Origin: Micropepsaceae bacterium
Lineage (GTDB): Bacteria; Pseudomonadota; Alphaproteobacteria; Micropepsales; Micropepsaceae
Assembly (NCBI GenBank): GCA_965247505.1
Contig: OZ252020.1
Coordinates: 2,539,719 to 2,603,718, forward strand
Length of the DNA: 64,000 nucleotides
Direction of reading: 5' to 3'
In this document: positions 38,678 to 50,038 of the stretch, one piece after another
Layout: each line of letters begins with the position of its first letter
Position numbering within the stretch: the first letter of the stretch is position 1
The notes under the pieces: generated by a model
The model's database searches: none
Told to the model about the DNA's origin: nothing
What the model saw: the letters and a program-made list of their open reading frames with translations, nothing else
Made by a program: the position numbers and the translations under genes

Positions 38678-39343
38678 ATGCGCAATAAAGCAAAAGCGAT
38701 GGCCATCGGACTTGTCTGTGCAATGACATTGGCCGCTTGCCAGACAACGAACCCCTATTCGGGTGAGCAGCAGACATCGAACGCGACGCGCGGGGCCGTC
38801 ATTGGAGCTGCGGGCGGCGCCGTTGTCGGCGCTCTGACCAACCGCAACCAGTCAGGCCGCAATGCGTTGATCGGCGCCGGGATCGGCGCGCTCGCCGGCG
38901 GTCTCGGCGGCAATTACATGGACAATCAGGAGGCGGAACTACGCAATCGCCTACAGGCCTCGGGTGTCTCGGTGACCCGGGTAGGCGATAATATTTATCT
39001 CAATATGGAGAACGATATTCTCTTCGATTCAGGCTCGGCCTTTCTCTATCCGCAAGCCGAAGATATTATTTCTTCGGTTTCAATTGTGCTGATGGAATAC
39101 TGCCAGACCTATGTGAATGTGAATGGCTTTGCCGACACGGTAGGTGCACGCGCCTTCAACCAAACTCTCTCGCAGCAGCGCGCGGAAGGCGTTGCGGATT
39201 CTCTCGTTCGCGGTGGCGTCGAGCCGGTACGTATCAGCCCGCGCGGATATGGCGAAACGAATTTGCAGGTTCCGACCCCCGATGGCGTAGACGAACCGCG
39301 CAACCGGAGGGTCGAAATCGTGCTCGAGCCCTTTAGGGGTTAG
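38678..39343 (+). CDS. OmpA-family lipoprotein (glycine-zipper N-terminal region plus OmpA C-terminal domain)
   Basis: The lipobox LAAC is present. The OmpA-like domain contains the motifs NxxLSxxRA and RRVEIVL. Confidence 0.7.
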   Translation: MRNKAKAMAIGLVCAMTLAACQTTNPYSGEQQTSNATRGAVIGAAGGAVVGALTNRNQSGRNALIGAGIGALAGGLGGNYMDNQEAELRNRLQASGVSVTRVGDNIYLNMENDILFDSGSAFLYPQAEDIISSVSIVLMEYCQTYVNVNGFADTVGARAFNQTLSQQRAEGVADSLVRGGVEPVRISPRGYGETNLQVPTPDGVDEPRNRRVEIVLEPFRG

Positions 39344-39424
39344 ATAATCGGCCAGGGCACAAAATCTTTAGTTTGCACACCTTTAGTTTGACGGCGGCTC
39401 GCACCTCGTGCGAGCCGTCTTTTT

Positions 39425-40300
39425 ATGAATAGGTTCCAATTGCCAACCGAGATCGATGGTCTTTGCGCCATTGCCGATAATTATGACGCGCTGATCTGCG
39501 ATGTCTGGGGTGTGCTGCATAATGGCCGCGCACCCTTTATGGCCACGGTCGAGGCGCTGCGAAGTTTTCGAAAAAACCATGGCCCCGTGGTGTTGCTCAC
39601 CAACGCACCGCGACTGGCGGCCGATGTCGAACTTCAATTCGACCGCATAGGCGTTCCGCACGATTGTTATGATGCTCTTATAACCTCGGGCGAAGGCGCG
39701 CGAGCCGAGCTGATTGGGCACATCTCGAACCATGAGCCGCTTAAACTATACAATCTTGGTCCGGATCGAGACCGCGCGGTCCGCGATGGCCTGGACATCG
39801 TCCTGACCGAGCCCGAGGAAACAGATCTTGTATTGTGCACCGGCCTCTTCGATGACGAGACGGAAGGGCCGGAAGATTATCGGGCGCTTCTTGAAGGATT
39901 TCACGCGCGGGGGCTGGTATTTCTATGCGCCAATCCCGACCTTGTCGTGCGCCGTGGCGATACGATTGTTTATTGTGCCGGTGCGATCGCCCGCGTCTAT
40001 GAAGAGATCGGCGGCGAAGTGAAATATTTCGGTAAACCACACCCCCCGATGCTCAAGCTGGCGAAGGCACGCGCCCAAGCTCTCGGCTCGGTCAAAAAGC
40101 CGCTCATCGTCGGGGACGCTCTGGAGACGGATATAAAAGGCGCAAACACCATGGGATGGGATGCACTTTTTGTGCTGGGCGGCGTTCATGGGGTCGAAAT
40201 CGGCGATCTTTCCACTCCAGCAGCGAAGGCACGTTTGAGCGGACTCTTTGAGAAAATTGGCGCTAACGCGAAATGGTCGATTTCGGAGCTATGCTGGTAG
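39425..40300 (+). CDS. HAD-superfamily class IIA hydrolase (TIGR01459-like)
   Basis: DVWGVLHNG at the N-terminus (the nucleophile Asp motif). The subfamily is common in alphaproteobacteria. Confidence 0.65.
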   Translation: MNRFQLPTEIDGLCAIADNYDALICDVWGVLHNGRAPFMATVEALRSFRKNHGPVVLLTNAPRLAADVELQFDRIGVPHDCYDALITSGEGARAELIGHISNHEPLKLYNLGPDRDRAVRDGLDIVLTEPEETDLVLCTGLFDDETEGPEDYRALLEGFHARGLVFLCANPDLVVRRGDTIVYCAGAIARVYEEIGGEVKYFGKPHPPMLKLAKARAQALGSVKKPLIVGDALETDIKGANTMGWDALFVLGGVHGVEIGDLSTPAAKARLSGLFEKIGANAKWSISELCW

Positions 40301-40370
40301 AGAGGATGCCGCGTTTAAGGTTTCTTGCCCGAACACCCTATGACCGATAAGACAAGTTTAGTTCACCACG

Positions 40371-40835
40371 ATGGCTGCGGCAGGGAGCGGATATATGGCT
40401 TCGTCGGAAGAGCCGACACGGTATTACATTGAAGAACTAAAGCCGGGGATGTCTGAGAGTTATTCGCGTACCGTGACGGAAGAGGACATCCAAAAATTCG
40501 GCGAGGTGAGCGGTGACTTTAATCCCGTCCATTTCGACGAGGACTATGCCAAGGTGACGATTTTCCGTGGCCGCATCGCGCACGGCTTGCTTACAGCCGG
40601 TTACATCTCCACCGTGCTGGGCACTAAACTCCCCGGCGCGGGTTCGATCTTCATGGCAGCGACGATTCGCTTCAAGGCGCCGGTTCGCATTGGCGATATT
40701 GTGACTGCGATTTGTACTGTGCGCGAGGTGATCGCGGAAAAGAAGCGAGTCATATGCGATTGTATTTGCAAAGTCGGCGAGATTGCCGTGATCGAAGGAG
40801 AAGCCACGCTGCTGGTTCCTTCACGTCCCGATTGA
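40371..40835 (+). CDS. MaoC-like (R)-specific enoyl-CoA hydratase / hot-dog fold dehydratase
   Basis: The NPVHFDEDYAK and GRIAHG motifs of the MaoC dehydratase hot-dog fold are present. Confidence 0.7.
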   Translation: MAAAGSGYMASSEEPTRYYIEELKPGMSESYSRTVTEEDIQKFGEVSGDFNPVHFDEDYAKVTIFRGRIAHGLLTAGYISTVLGTKLPGAGSIFMAATIRFKAPVRIGDIVTAICTVREVIAEKKRVICDCICKVGEIAVIEGEATLLVPSRPD

Positions 40836-40856
40836 CGACACCCAAATAGGCGATAG

Positions 40857-41816
40857 ATGCGAATTTTAAAGCACTATCGCGATGTTCCGGTGGCTGGACG
40901 CGGAACGATCGCAGCTCTCGGCAATTTCGACGGGGCGCATCTAGGGCATCGCGCGTTATTGAATGAGGCCGCGCGGCTGGCCCAGGAAAAGGGTACGCTT
41001 TTCGCCGTATTCGTCTTTGAACCCTATCCGCGCGAATTCTTTCGCCCTGACGGCGATCCCTTTCGCCTGACGCCTTTTCGCGCCAAGGCGCGGCTCTTGG
41101 AAGAAATCGGGGCCGATGTCCTTTTGGTGTTTCCGTTCGATGCCGCTTTGGCCGGAACGTCCGCGGAAGACTTCGTGCTCGAGATCTTAGTGGAAGAATT
41201 AGAGGTCAAACATGTCGTGGTGGGCGAGGACTTTCGCTACGGCAAAGGCAGGGCAGGCGATGCCACCACGCTTGCCTATATGGGCGAAATGGAGGGCTTC
41301 GGGGTCACGACATTGCCGCATCTCACCGATGGCGAGGGTACGAAAATATCCTCCTCGCGAATAAGATCTGCGCTTCGGGACGGCAAACCTGACGAGGCAG
41401 CACGCTATTTGGGGCATTGGTGGAGTGTCGAGGCCCATGTCAGTGAGGGGGACAAGCGCGGCCGGACGCTGGGTTTTCCGACCGCCAATCTCAAACTTGA
41501 TGGAACCCTTTCACCCGCTTTCGGCGTCTATGCGGTGCGGGCTTATATTCGCGGCCTGGGCCAGCCCCATGACGGGGTCGCAAATTATGGCATCCGACCG
41601 ACTTTCGAGATCCCCGCGCCTCTTTTGGAAGTTCATCTTTTCGATTTTGTCGGCGATCTATATGGCCAGCTTTTGCGGGTCGAACTCATTTCTTACTTAA
41701 GGCCTGAGGTTAAATTTGACGCTCTGGAGGTGCTTAAAAGCCAATTGGCCGCCGACCGCGACGCGGCAAAGGCGGCTCTGACATCCAATGCTTCAGTTCC
41801 GGCGCTAGACCCTTAA
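40857..41816 (+). CDS. ribF: Bifunctional riboflavin kinase / FMN adenylyltransferase
   Basis: N-terminal nucleotidyltransferase motif GNFDGAHLGH. The C-terminal riboflavin kinase domain contains GRTLGFPTANL. Confidence 0.9.
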   Translation: MRILKHYRDVPVAGRGTIAALGNFDGAHLGHRALLNEAARLAQEKGTLFAVFVFEPYPREFFRPDGDPFRLTPFRAKARLLEEIGADVLLVFPFDAALAGTSAEDFVLEILVEELEVKHVVVGEDFRYGKGRAGDATTLAYMGEMEGFGVTTLPHLTDGEGTKISSSRIRSALRDGKPDEAARYLGHWWSVEAHVSEGDKRGRTLGFPTANLKLDGTLSPAFGVYAVRAYIRGLGQPHDGVANYGIRPTFEIPAPLLEVHLFDFVGDLYGQLLRVELISYLRPEVKFDALEVLKSQLAADRDAAKAALTSNASVPALDP

Positions 41817-41990
41817 AGATGGGGCTGATAGAAACGCCGGGCTTAAGGAGCTGCGATTCATGGTCGCGAGGACGACAAAAACCATACGAATTCGCCGCCC
41901 GGCGGCCTAACGCCCCTGCTTTTACGCGAGGTCTTTCGCCGCCGGGAACTCGTTCTTCGTCCTCCAACTTAATTTTGGACCTCGTGATCC

Positions 41991-44843
41991 ATGACCACCG
42001 ATTCCGACGCTAAACGCGACTACCGCCCGACTCTCTTTCTGCCCTCAACCGATTTTCCGATGAAGGCTGGTCTTGCCAAAGCCGAGCCCAATTGGCTCGC
42101 GCGCTGGGAGGAGATGAAACTCTATGAGCGTCTTCGAGCTAAATCCGAAGGCCGCCCCCAATTCATCCTTCATGACGGCCCGCCCTATGCCAATGGCGAC
42201 ATTCATATCGGCACCGCGCTGAACAAAATTTTGAAGGACTTCGTCGTGCGCAGCCAAAACATGCTGGGCTTCGATGCGCCTTATATCCCAGGCTGGGATT
42301 GTCATGGTCTTCCCATCGAATGGAAGATCGAGGAAGCCTATCGCGCCAAAGGCAAATCCAAGGATGAAGTTCCGGTTGCCGAATTGCGCACCGAATGCCG
42401 AAACTTCGCGGAAAAATGGATCACTATTCAACGCGAACAATTCAAACGCCTAGGCAGCCTTGGCGATTGGGCGCGGCCCTACACGACGATGGCCTATGCC
42501 GCGGAAGCGCAGATCGTGCGCGAGCTGCACAAGTTTTTGGACAATGGGCTTTTGTATCGCGGCTTTCGCCCAGTGATGTGGTCGCCCGTCGAGAAAACAG
42601 CCCTCGCGGAAGCCGAGGTCGAATATCACGAAAAGAAATCGCCTTGGATCTACGTAAAGTTTCCTGTTCAGAACGGCCCCGATGCGCTGCGAAACGCCAG
42701 CGTGGTGATTTGGACCACCACGCCTTGGACGATCCCCGGCAATCGCGCGATCGCTTATGCGCCGGATCTTCGCTACGGGCTCTATGAGATCGAAGGCGCC
42801 GCTGAGAAAAGCTTTGCGAAAGCCGGCGAACAGCTTGTGCTGGGCGACGATCTCGCCGAGGCCTGCTCCCGCGATGCGGGTGTCAGCCTCAAGCGCCTTG
42901 ATGATGTGAATCCGGAAGGGTTTATCTGCCACCACCCATTTCACGGCGCGGGGTATGATTTCGATGTTCCCCTATTGCCAGGCGAGCATGTCACGGCGGA
43001 AACCGGCACTTGCTTCGTCCATACTGCGCCCGGCCATGGCGAAGACGATTTCGAACTTGGGCTCAAATTCAAACTCGAAGTTCCCAAAACCGTCGACGAA
43101 GACGGCGTCTTTATTGAGCAGGTTCCACTCTTTGCAGGCAAGCGCGTGTTAACGCCCGACGGTAAAGATGGCGACGCCACTGGCGCAGTAATCAAGGAAT
43201 TGATCACCCGAGGCGCGCTTCTCGCCAAAGGCTCGCTGCGCCACCAATATCCCCATAGCTGGCGTTCCAAAGCGCCGGTGATTTTTCGCGCCACGCCGCA
43301 ATGGTTCGTTGCGGTTGATGAACCGCTCAAGGAATTCGAAGGCAAGACTCTACGCGCGCTTGCGTTAAAGGCGATCGAACAAACGCGCTGGTATCCCGCG
43401 CAAGCTCAGAATCGTATTGGCGCGATGGTACGCGATCGTCCCGATTGGGTGCTGTCGCGTCAGCGTGCCTGGGGTGTGCCGATCGCTGTGTTCGTGAGAA
43501 AATCCGACGGCAAACTTCTTGAAGATAAAGAAGTCAATCTCCGGATTGCCGAGGCGTTCGCGAGCGAAGGCGCGGATGCCTGGTTCAACTCCGAACCGTC
43601 TCGTTTTCTTGGAAATCATTCGCCGGACGAATATGAGCAGATCACGGATATTCTCGATGTCTGGTTTGATTCCGGCTCGACTCACGTCTTTGTCGTCGAA
43701 GATCCTATCGATCCGGCCTGGCCCAGCGCGACGCATGCCGATCTTTATTTGGAAGGCTCCGATCAGCATCGCGGCTGGTTTCAGTCCTCGCTCCTTGAAT
43801 CCTGCGGCACCCGCGGGCGGGCACCTTATGATGCGGTGCTGACCCATGGCTTCGTGCTCGACGAGCAGGGACGCAAAATGGCGAAGTCTTTGGGCAACAC
43901 GCTTTCGCCGCAAAAGATCACGGATCAAAACGGCGCGGAGATCTTGCGCCTCTGGACGGCAAGTTCCGATTATACCCAAGACCTTCGTATCGGCGGTGAA
44001 ATCATCAAAGGCACGGTCGATGGCTATCGCCGCTTGCGCAATACGATCCGCTTCATGCTCGGCAATCTTGCAGATTTCGATGAAGCCGAGCGTGTTTCCT
44101 ATGACGAGATGCCGGAACTGGAGCGCTGGGTACTTGCGAGGATGGCGCAAATCGATGCCGACGTCCGCGAGGGTTATGCCGAGTTCGACTTCAATCGCGT
44201 CTATTCGCAGCTTTTCAATTTTACCACCAACGAGCTTTCGGCATTCTATTTCGATATTCGAAAGGACACTCTTTATTGTGACGTGAAGGACTCAAAACGC
44301 CGCCGCGCTGCGCGTACGGTCATCGACGCACTTTTTACGCGCCTGGTTACTTGGCTGGCGCCGATATTGTGCTTCACCATGGAAGAGGCTTGGGTCACGC
44401 GTTTTGGTGCTGATTCAAGCGTTCATCTTGAAACTTTCCCTACGACGCCCTCCGAATGGGCGAATGAAGAACTGCTCGCGAAATGGGAGCGTATTAGAAG
44501 CCTACGCCGTCTTGTAACGGGCGCGCTGGAGATCGCGCGGCGCGACAAGATTATCGGCGCAAGCCTTGAGGCTGCGCCCGTTCTGTATGTTGATGCGCAG
44601 GAAGATGCGGATCTTTTCAGCGGTTCGGACCTTGCGGAGCTGACCATCACCTCTGCAGCCAAAATCGAAATTGGTGACGGAGGGCAGGAGGCATTTCGTC
44701 TTGCCGATGTTGCCGGGGCCGCAACCCTATTCGCACGCGCGTCCGGTGATAAATGCGGCCGCTGCTGGATGGTCCTTCCCGAAGTCGGAAAACATGCCAA
44801 ATATGACGATCTGTGCAATCGCTGCGCCGAGGCGGTTGGATGA
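41991..44843 (+). CDS. ileS: Isoleucine--tRNA ligase
   Basis: 950 aa with the HIGH-type motif ([15 protein letters not shown]), KMSKS (KMAKSLGN) and a C-terminal zinc-binding CxxC...CxxC. Confidence 0.97.
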   Translation: MTTDSDAKRDYRPTLFLPSTDFPMKAGLAKAEPNWLARWEEMKLYERLRAKSEGRPQFILHDGPPYANGDIHIGTALNKILKDFVVRSQNMLGFDAPYIPGWDCHGLPIEWKIEEAYRAKGKSKDEVPVAELRTECRNFAEKWITIQREQFKRLGSLGDWARPYTTMAYAAEAQIVRELHKFLDNGLLYRGFRPVMWSPVEKTALAEAEVEYHEKKSPWIYVKFPVQNGPDALRNASVVIWTTTPWTIPGNRAIAYAPDLRYGLYEIEGAAEKSFAKAGEQLVLGDDLAEACSRDAGVSLKRLDDVNPEGFICHHPFHGAGYDFDVPLLPGEHVTAETGTCFVHTAPGHGEDDFELGLKFKLEVPKTVDEDGVFIEQVPLFAGKRVLTPDGKDGDATGAVIKELITRGALLAKGSLRHQYPHSWRSKAPVIFRATPQWFVAVDEPLKEFEGKTLRALALKAIEQTRWYPAQAQNRIGAMVRDRPDWVLSRQRAWGVPIAVFVRKSDGKLLEDKEVNLRIAEAFASEGADAWFNSEPSRFLGNHSPDEYEQITDILDVWFDSGSTHVFVVEDPIDPAWPSATHADLYLEGSDQHRGWFQSSLLESCGTRGRAPYDAVLTHGFVLDEQGRKMAKSLGNTLSPQKITDQNGAEILRLWTASSDYTQDLRIGGEIIKGTVDGYRRLRNTIRFMLGNLADFDEAERVSYDEMPELERWVLARMAQIDADVREGYAEFDFNRVYSQLFNFTTNELSAFYFDIRKDTLYCDVKDSKRRRAARTVIDALFTRLVTWLAPILCFTMEEAWVTRFGADSSVHLETFPTTPSEWANEELLAKWERIRSLRRLVTGALEIARRDKIIGASLEAAPVLYVDAQEDADLFSGSDLAELTITSAAKIEIGDGGQEAFRLADVAGAATLFARASGDKCGRCWMVLPEVGKHAKYDDLCNRCAEAVG

Positions 44844-45343
44844 GAGATGTACGCCGCATCGGCTTTATTGTCGCCGGATTGGCGATGGCTGTGGATCAGC
44901 TGTTCAAAAACTTACTGCTTTATGAGTTCGAGTTCATTGTTATGCGCCCTTTCGAGCGCGTGGAAGTATTGCCCTTCTTTGACCTCGTGATGGTGTGGAA
45001 CCGAGGTATTTCTTACGGTCTCTTGCAAGCCGACAGCATGTTGTTCACGCGTTTGCTGACGCTTTTTCAACTTTCCGCGGTGGCGCTCTTGACCTGGTGG
45101 CTATTACGGGCCGACCGCAAATTCCTTGGTTTAGGCCTTGGTTTGGTGATTGGCGGGGCGCTCGGAAACGTGATCGACCGCATCCGATTCAGTGCTGTGG
45201 CCGATTTTTTCCATTTTCACGCTGGAAACTTCAGTTTTTATGTATTCAATATTGCCGACGCAGCAATTACTGTAGGTGTTATAGTGCTCTTGCTGGACGC
45301 ATTCTTGCGTCCGGAAGGAAAGAGTGGGAACAAGAGTTCCTAA
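44840..45343 (+). CDS. lspA: Lipoprotein signal peptidase II
   Basis: The start overlaps the ileS stop (ATGA). It is a four-TM protein with the conserved Asn/Asp of signal peptidase II (GNVIDR). The ileS-lspA synteny is canonical. Confidence 0.85.
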   Translation: MRDVRRIGFIVAGLAMAVDQLFKNLLLYEFEFIVMRPFERVEVLPFFDLVMVWNRGISYGLLQADSMLFTRLLTLFQLSAVALLTWWLLRADRKFLGLGLGLVIGGALGNVIDRIRFSAVADFFHFHAGNFSFYVFNIADAAITVGVIVLLLDAFLRPEGKSGNKSS

Positions 45344-45387
45344 ACGGACAATTCCGGTATTCGAGCCGGAAAACTGGGAGTGAGTTG

Positions 45388-45882
45388 ATGGCCACATGGC
45401 TGGAAATTCCAGACTTAAAGATTCCGAACTGGACCAAGCTGGCAATGATTGCCGGTCTCGGTGTTGCGCTTTGTGGTTGTCAAAGCGTGCGCGAGGCGAC
45501 AGGCGTCGCCAAATTGGCGCCCGATGAATTCACGATTCTGACCAAGGCGCCGCTGATTGTTCCGCCCGACTATAATTTGCGTCCGCCACAGCCCGGCGCT
45601 GCGGATCGCAACTTAAGTTCGCCGGCCGATATGGCGCGCGCGGCTCTTTTCCAACAGCAGGATGCTTCGACCGCCGCCGCGCGATTGGGCCAAGACTATA
45701 GCGAGAGCGAAAGGCTTCTTCTTGCGCGCTCCGGGGGCTCGCTTGCCGATCCCGCCATCCGCCAACAGATTGGGATTGACTCAAGCCAATCCGATCAGGG
45801 CGAGGAATTCGCACGTGACATTATTTTCCCCGACGGCGGCGCGCCCGATCTGGACGCGCCAGATGTTCGCGGCACACAATAG
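45388..45882 (+). CDS. Lipoprotein of unknown function (DUF3035-like)
   Basis: ATG at 45388 follows a GGGAG RBS. The lipobox is LCGC. 164 aa. The DUF3035 label is from recollection only. Confidence 0.55.
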   Translation: MATWLEIPDLKIPNWTKLAMIAGLGVALCGCQSVREATGVAKLAPDEFTILTKAPLIVPPDYNLRPPQPGAADRNLSSPADMARAALFQQQDASTAAARLGQDYSESERLLLARSGGSLADPAIRQQIGIDSSQSDQGEEFARDIIFPDGGAPDLDAPDVRGTQ

Positions 45883-45901
45883 ACGCAATAGGATTTGAGC
45901 A

Positions 45902-47317
45902 ATGGAAAACGGCATCGGCGCCCGCATAGCGGCGATCGCCGCGATTCTTGTTGGCTTTGTGGCGCTTGTATTTATCGGGCAACCGGGTGGCGCCCCGGAT
46001 ATTTCTGCGACGGCGGCCGGTGAGATTGACCCCGCAGTCTCGGGCGTCGTAGGGGACAGCAATGTCGCGCAGTTCACGCTCGACAATGGAATGCGTATTC
46101 TCGTTATCCCGGATCATCGGGCCCCGGTGGTATCGCATATGGTGTGGTACCGCGTAGGCGGCGTAGACGATCCGCCGGGTCTTTCCGGCATCGCACATTT
46201 TTTCGAACATTTGATGTTCAAAGGCACCGACAAAGTCGCGCCGGGTGATATCTCTCGTATCGTCGCGCGCAATGGCGGGACGGATAATGCTTTCACCGGC
46301 CATGATTACACCGCCTATTTTCAGCGCATTGCGCGCGACCGCCTTGCCTTGGTTATGGAGCTGGAGGCGGACCGCATGGAAAATTTAGTTCTCTCGGAAG
46401 AAAATGTGCTGACCGAGCGAGAGGTGGTGCGCGAAGAGCGCAATTTGCGCGTTGAATCCGATCCCTCATCGCAATTCCGCGAACAGATGTCGGCGGCGCT
46501 TTTTCTCTCCCATCCTTATGGCCGACCGGTCATCGGTTGGGACGAGGAAATTCAACAAATCGGCCGTGAAGCAGCGATAGACTTTTATTCGCATCATTAT
46601 GCACCTAATAACGCGATGCTGGTCGTAACCGGCGATGTCGAGCCGATGGAAGTTTTGACTCTCGCCCAAGAGACCTATGGGCTGGTTGCCGCGCGTGAGC
46701 TTGCACCGCGCTCCCGTCCCGCGCAGCCGCCTCGGCTTTCTGAATCGCGCATCGATATGACCCATCCCGACACCCGTCTTCCCATATTCATGCGGATGTA
46801 TCGTGTTCCTACGTATAGAACTGGGGAACCAGGCGTTGCAGAAGCATTCGATATGCTGACCACCATGTTGGGTGGTGGGGCGACAAGCCGTTTGTACCGG
46901 GCGTTGGTGGTTGAGCAACAAATCGCAGTTTCTGCCGGCTCCTATTATGACGGCAGCGCAGCGAATCTTTCGGAATTCGGCGTTTATGCCTATCCAGCCG
47001 AGGGCGTGAGCTTCGATGAGGTTGAAGCGGCCATCGATGAAGTGCTCGCAGAGATGATGGCCGCGCCCCCTGAGCCCGGTGAATTCGAGCGCGCACGCAC
47101 GCGCCTTGTTGCCGCGCACATCTATGAGCAGGACAGCCAATTCGCCCTGGCAATGGATTATGGCCTTTCGCTGACCATAGGATTGACGGTCGAAGACGTT
47201 GAAACCTGGCCCGACCGAATAGAATTAGTCACACCGGAAGATGTTCAGAACGTCGCGCGCGATTATTTAATCAAGAAGGAGGCGGTGACCGGAACCTTGG
47301 CGCCGTTAACGCCATGA
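45902..47317 (+). CDS. M16 family zinc peptidase (pitrilysin-like), catalytic subunit
   Basis: Inverted zinc-binding motif HFFEHLMFKGT (HxxEH) plus the downstream E of the M16 family. Confidence 0.85.
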   Translation: MENGIGARIAAIAAILVGFVALVFIGQPGGAPDISATAAGEIDPAVSGVVGDSNVAQFTLDNGMRILVIPDHRAPVVSHMVWYRVGGVDDPPGLSGIAHFFEHLMFKGTDKVAPGDISRIVARNGGTDNAFTGHDYTAYFQRIARDRLALVMELEADRMENLVLSEENVLTEREVVREERNLRVESDPSSQFREQMSAALFLSHPYGRPVIGWDEEIQQIGREAAIDFYSHHYAPNNAMLVVTGDVEPMEVLTLAQETYGLVAARELAPRSRPAQPPRLSESRIDMTHPDTRLPIFMRMYRVPTYRTGEPGVAEAFDMLTTMLGGGATSRLYRALVVEQQIAVSAGSYYDGSAANLSEFGVYAYPAEGVSFDEVEAAIDEVLAEMMAAPPEPGEFERARTRLVAAHIYEQDSQFALAMDYGLSLTIGLTVEDVETWPDRIELVTPEDVQNVARDYLIKKEAVTGTLAPLTP

Positions 47318-48657
47318 GAAATTTACATCGGGCAATCCTAGCCGTGGCGCTTTTCCTTGCGCCATCTTTAGGCCAAGCGGCGGAAGTTGTGGTGGTCGAC
47401 GCGCCGGAGGGCGTCGAAGCCTGGCTGTCTGAAGAACACACCATTCCGATGATCGCCTTTAGATTGTCCATTCCGGGCGGAGCGGCTTACGATCCAGCCG
47501 ATTTGCCGGGGGTCGCCTCGATGGCGTCGGCGCTCCTGGACGAGGGCGCGGGCGATTTGGATGATGCGGCATTCAAAGAGGCTTTGGAGACCTATGCCAT
47601 TCGCCTCGGCTTCGGCGGCGGGCGCGAATATCTCTCGGTGAGCATGTCGACCCTCACAGAAAATGCGGATGAAGCCTTTCGTCTCATGGCCTTGGCGCTA
47701 CACGCGCCGCGTTTCGACGCAGCGCCCATTGAGCGCGTGCGCGCGCAAACTCTCGCGGGGCTACGTCAGGACGAGGAAGACCCCGGCACGATCGCGGCAA
47801 AGGCCTGGGCAAGTCATTATTTTTTGGATCACCCTTACGCACATGATTCGAGTGGGACATTCGAAAGCGTCGCCGCGATCAGCGCAGCGGACATTCGTGC
47901 CTATGCCGAACAGCACCTTGTGCGCGGCGGAGCAAAAGTTGCAGTCGCTGGAGATATCACTGAAGAGCAACTCGGCATCTATTTGAAACAAATTTTCGGG
48001 CCGATGCCACTTGGCAATGTGGAGCCGGTCGCGCCACCGGCTGCATTCGGTGAGCCCGGAACCGAGATCATCGAAATGGATATTCCCCAGCCGGCAGTAA
48101 TCTTCGGGACCATAGGACCAATGCGTCACGATCCGGATTTTATTCCTGCCTATGTTGCAAATTATGTTTTGGGCGGCGGCGGGTTTTCTTCGCGGCTGAT
48201 GGACGAGGTTCGTGAGAAGCGCGGCCTCACCTATGGCATCCGCACCGGGCTGCAGGATTACCGCACCACGGCTTTGATCCGGGGCTCGGTTCAAAGCGAA
48301 CGCACGAAAGTGCTGACCGCATTGGAGGTCACGCGCCAAGAAATGGCGGAGTTTGCGTTAGACGGCGTGACCGAAATGGAGCTCGCCGACGCCAAGACAT
48401 ATCTCACCGGCTCGTTTCCATTGAGCCTCGATTCGAATTCGAAAATCGCGGGAGCGTTAAATGGGTTTCAGACTGCCGGGCTTGGCCCGGAATATGTGAT
48501 CGAGCGCAACGGGCTTATCGAGGCTGTGACCTTGGAGCGCGTGAACGAAGTCGCCGCACGATATTATGGGCCCGACCAGCTTGTAGTCGTTATTGCGGGC
48601 ACGCCTGCGTCGGCAGAAGAGACGGCAGCTGCGGAAGTGGCCCCTGCGGCGCAATAG
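47314..48657 (+). CDS. M16 family peptidase, second (probably non-catalytic) subunit with a signal peptide
   Basis: Start overlaps the upstream stop. The M16 fold is present without an intact HxxEH motif. Signal peptide MRNLHRAILAVALFLAPSLGQA. Confidence 0.8.
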   Translation: MRNLHRAILAVALFLAPSLGQAAEVVVVDAPEGVEAWLSEEHTIPMIAFRLSIPGGAAYDPADLPGVASMASALLDEGAGDLDDAAFKEALETYAIRLGFGGGREYLSVSMSTLTENADEAFRLMALALHAPRFDAAPIERVRAQTLAGLRQDEEDPGTIAAKAWASHYFLDHPYAHDSSGTFESVAAISAADIRAYAEQHLVRGGAKVAVAGDITEEQLGIYLKQIFGPMPLGNVEPVAPPAAFGEPGTEIIEMDIPQPAVIFGTIGPMRHDPDFIPAYVANYVLGGGGFSSRLMDEVREKRGLTYGIRTGLQDYRTTALIRGSVQSERTKVLTALEVTRQEMAEFALDGVTEMELADAKTYLTGSFPLSLDSNSKIAGALNGFQTAGLGPEYVIERNGLIEAVTLERVNEVAARYYGPDQLVVVIAGTPASAEETAAAEVAPAAQ

Positions 48658-48741
48658 GCACGCCCTTTGTCGTGCTGGATTGTTCCGCGTCCAGGATGAC
48701 AAAATATTTTTTCATTCAACCAGCCGGCAAAACCCCCTAGG

Positions 48742-50034
48742 TTGCTCTCAATGTCGGCAAAGCTTCCCTTTGAAACTTCCTTCTCCCTGGCGCTGACCGG
48801 CGATGGCGCGCCGGATCGCGCAGCATTTAATGCTGCGCTGGGCGAGTCCAAGGCTCATCTCATGGAGCTGCTTGACGCCCCTGATCCGCTTGAGCTGCTA
48901 ACCATATTGGACCGCGAGGACGATTTGGCCGCTGCGGCGGACTTTGCGAAGAATTTTAGCAAGCACGCGGACAAGATATTTGTGTTGGGGATCGGTGGGT
49001 CGAGCGCCGGCGGTCACGCGCTTTCCTACCTCTTGCCCTACGCAAATGAGCGTGTGCCGCGTGTGATGTTCTTTAGCAATTTAGATCATTCGGTATTTGC
49101 GGCAGCACTGGCCGGATGCGATCCGGCAAAGACCAAGTTTCTCTCGATTTCAAAATCGGGCGGTACCGCCGAGACGCTGATTCAGACGCTGGCTGCCGCT
49201 GCTTTCCTGCGCGATAAAATAGAGCAGAAAAACATTGCGGATCATTTTGCCGTCGTGACGGACGCGAGGCCAAGCCCATTGCGCCAATTTGCCGAAGATA
49301 TTGGCTGCCCGGTTCTCGATCACCCGTTGGGCATTGGTGGACGCTATTCGGTGTTGAGTATTGTCGGCCTATTGCCCGCAATTTTAATGGGTTTGGATGC
49401 GAAAGCCTTCCGAGCGGGCGCCAAAGCTGTCATCGACAATGCGCGCGCAAATCCTGACGCCGATGAAAGTCCGGCTGCAGGCGCGGCACTACACGCAGCG
49501 TTGTTGCGCTCTGAGCGCTTACGCGAAACGGTATTATGGTCTTACGCCGACAAGCTCGGGTTGTTTGGCGCTTGGTGGCGTCAACTCTGGGCGGAGAGCC
49601 TGGGCAAGGGCGGGCAGGGCACGACGCCGGTCACGGCCCTTGGCTCGGCAGATCAACACAGCCAGTTGCAGCTTTTCTTGGATGGGCCTGGCGGAGCGCT
49701 GTTCACGCTGATCTCGCTGGCCTCTGCCGGTGAGGGGCCGCGTGTTTTAAGTGAGGATGCTGAAAAGCTAGGACTTTCCTACCTTGCCGAAAAATCATTG
49801 GGCGATCTCGTCGCCGCCGGCGCGCAGGCAACCGCACAGACCTTGGCACGCCGGGGGCGAGCTGTTCGGGTCATTCAGCTGGGGACAGTGAATGAGTTCG
49901 CGTTGGGAGCGCTCTTCATGCACTTTATACTGGAGACGATTCTGATGGCTCGCCTGACGTCCGTCGATCCATTCGGTCAGCCCGCAGTGGAAGAGGGTAA
50001 GGCGCTGACACGGAAAATCTTAGCAGGGAAGTAA
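48742..50034 (+). CDS. pgi: Glucose-6-phosphate isomerase (short, about 430 aa form)
   Basis: SIS-domain motifs LGIGGSSAG, ISKSGGTAET and the PGI signature GGRYSVLSIVG. The C-terminal segment DPFGQPAVEEGK is also present. Confidence 0.7.
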   Translation: MLSMSAKLPFETSFSLALTGDGAPDRAAFNAALGESKAHLMELLDAPDPLELLTILDREDDLAAAADFAKNFSKHADKIFVLGIGGSSAGGHALSYLLPYANERVPRVMFFSNLDHSVFAAALAGCDPAKTKFLSISKSGGTAETLIQTLAAAAFLRDKIEQKNIADHFAVVTDARPSPLRQFAEDIGCPVLDHPLGIGGRYSVLSIVGLLPAILMGLDAKAFRAGAKAVIDNARANPDADESPAAGAALHAALLRSERLRETVLWSYADKLGLFGAWWRQLWAESLGKGGQGTTPVTALGSADQHSQLQLFLDGPGGALFTLISLASAGEGPRVLSEDAEKLGLSYLAEKSLGDLVAAGAQATAQTLARRGRAVRVIQLGTVNEFALGALFMHFILETILMARLTSVDPFGQPAVEEGKALTRKILAGK

Positions 50035-50038
50035 TCGC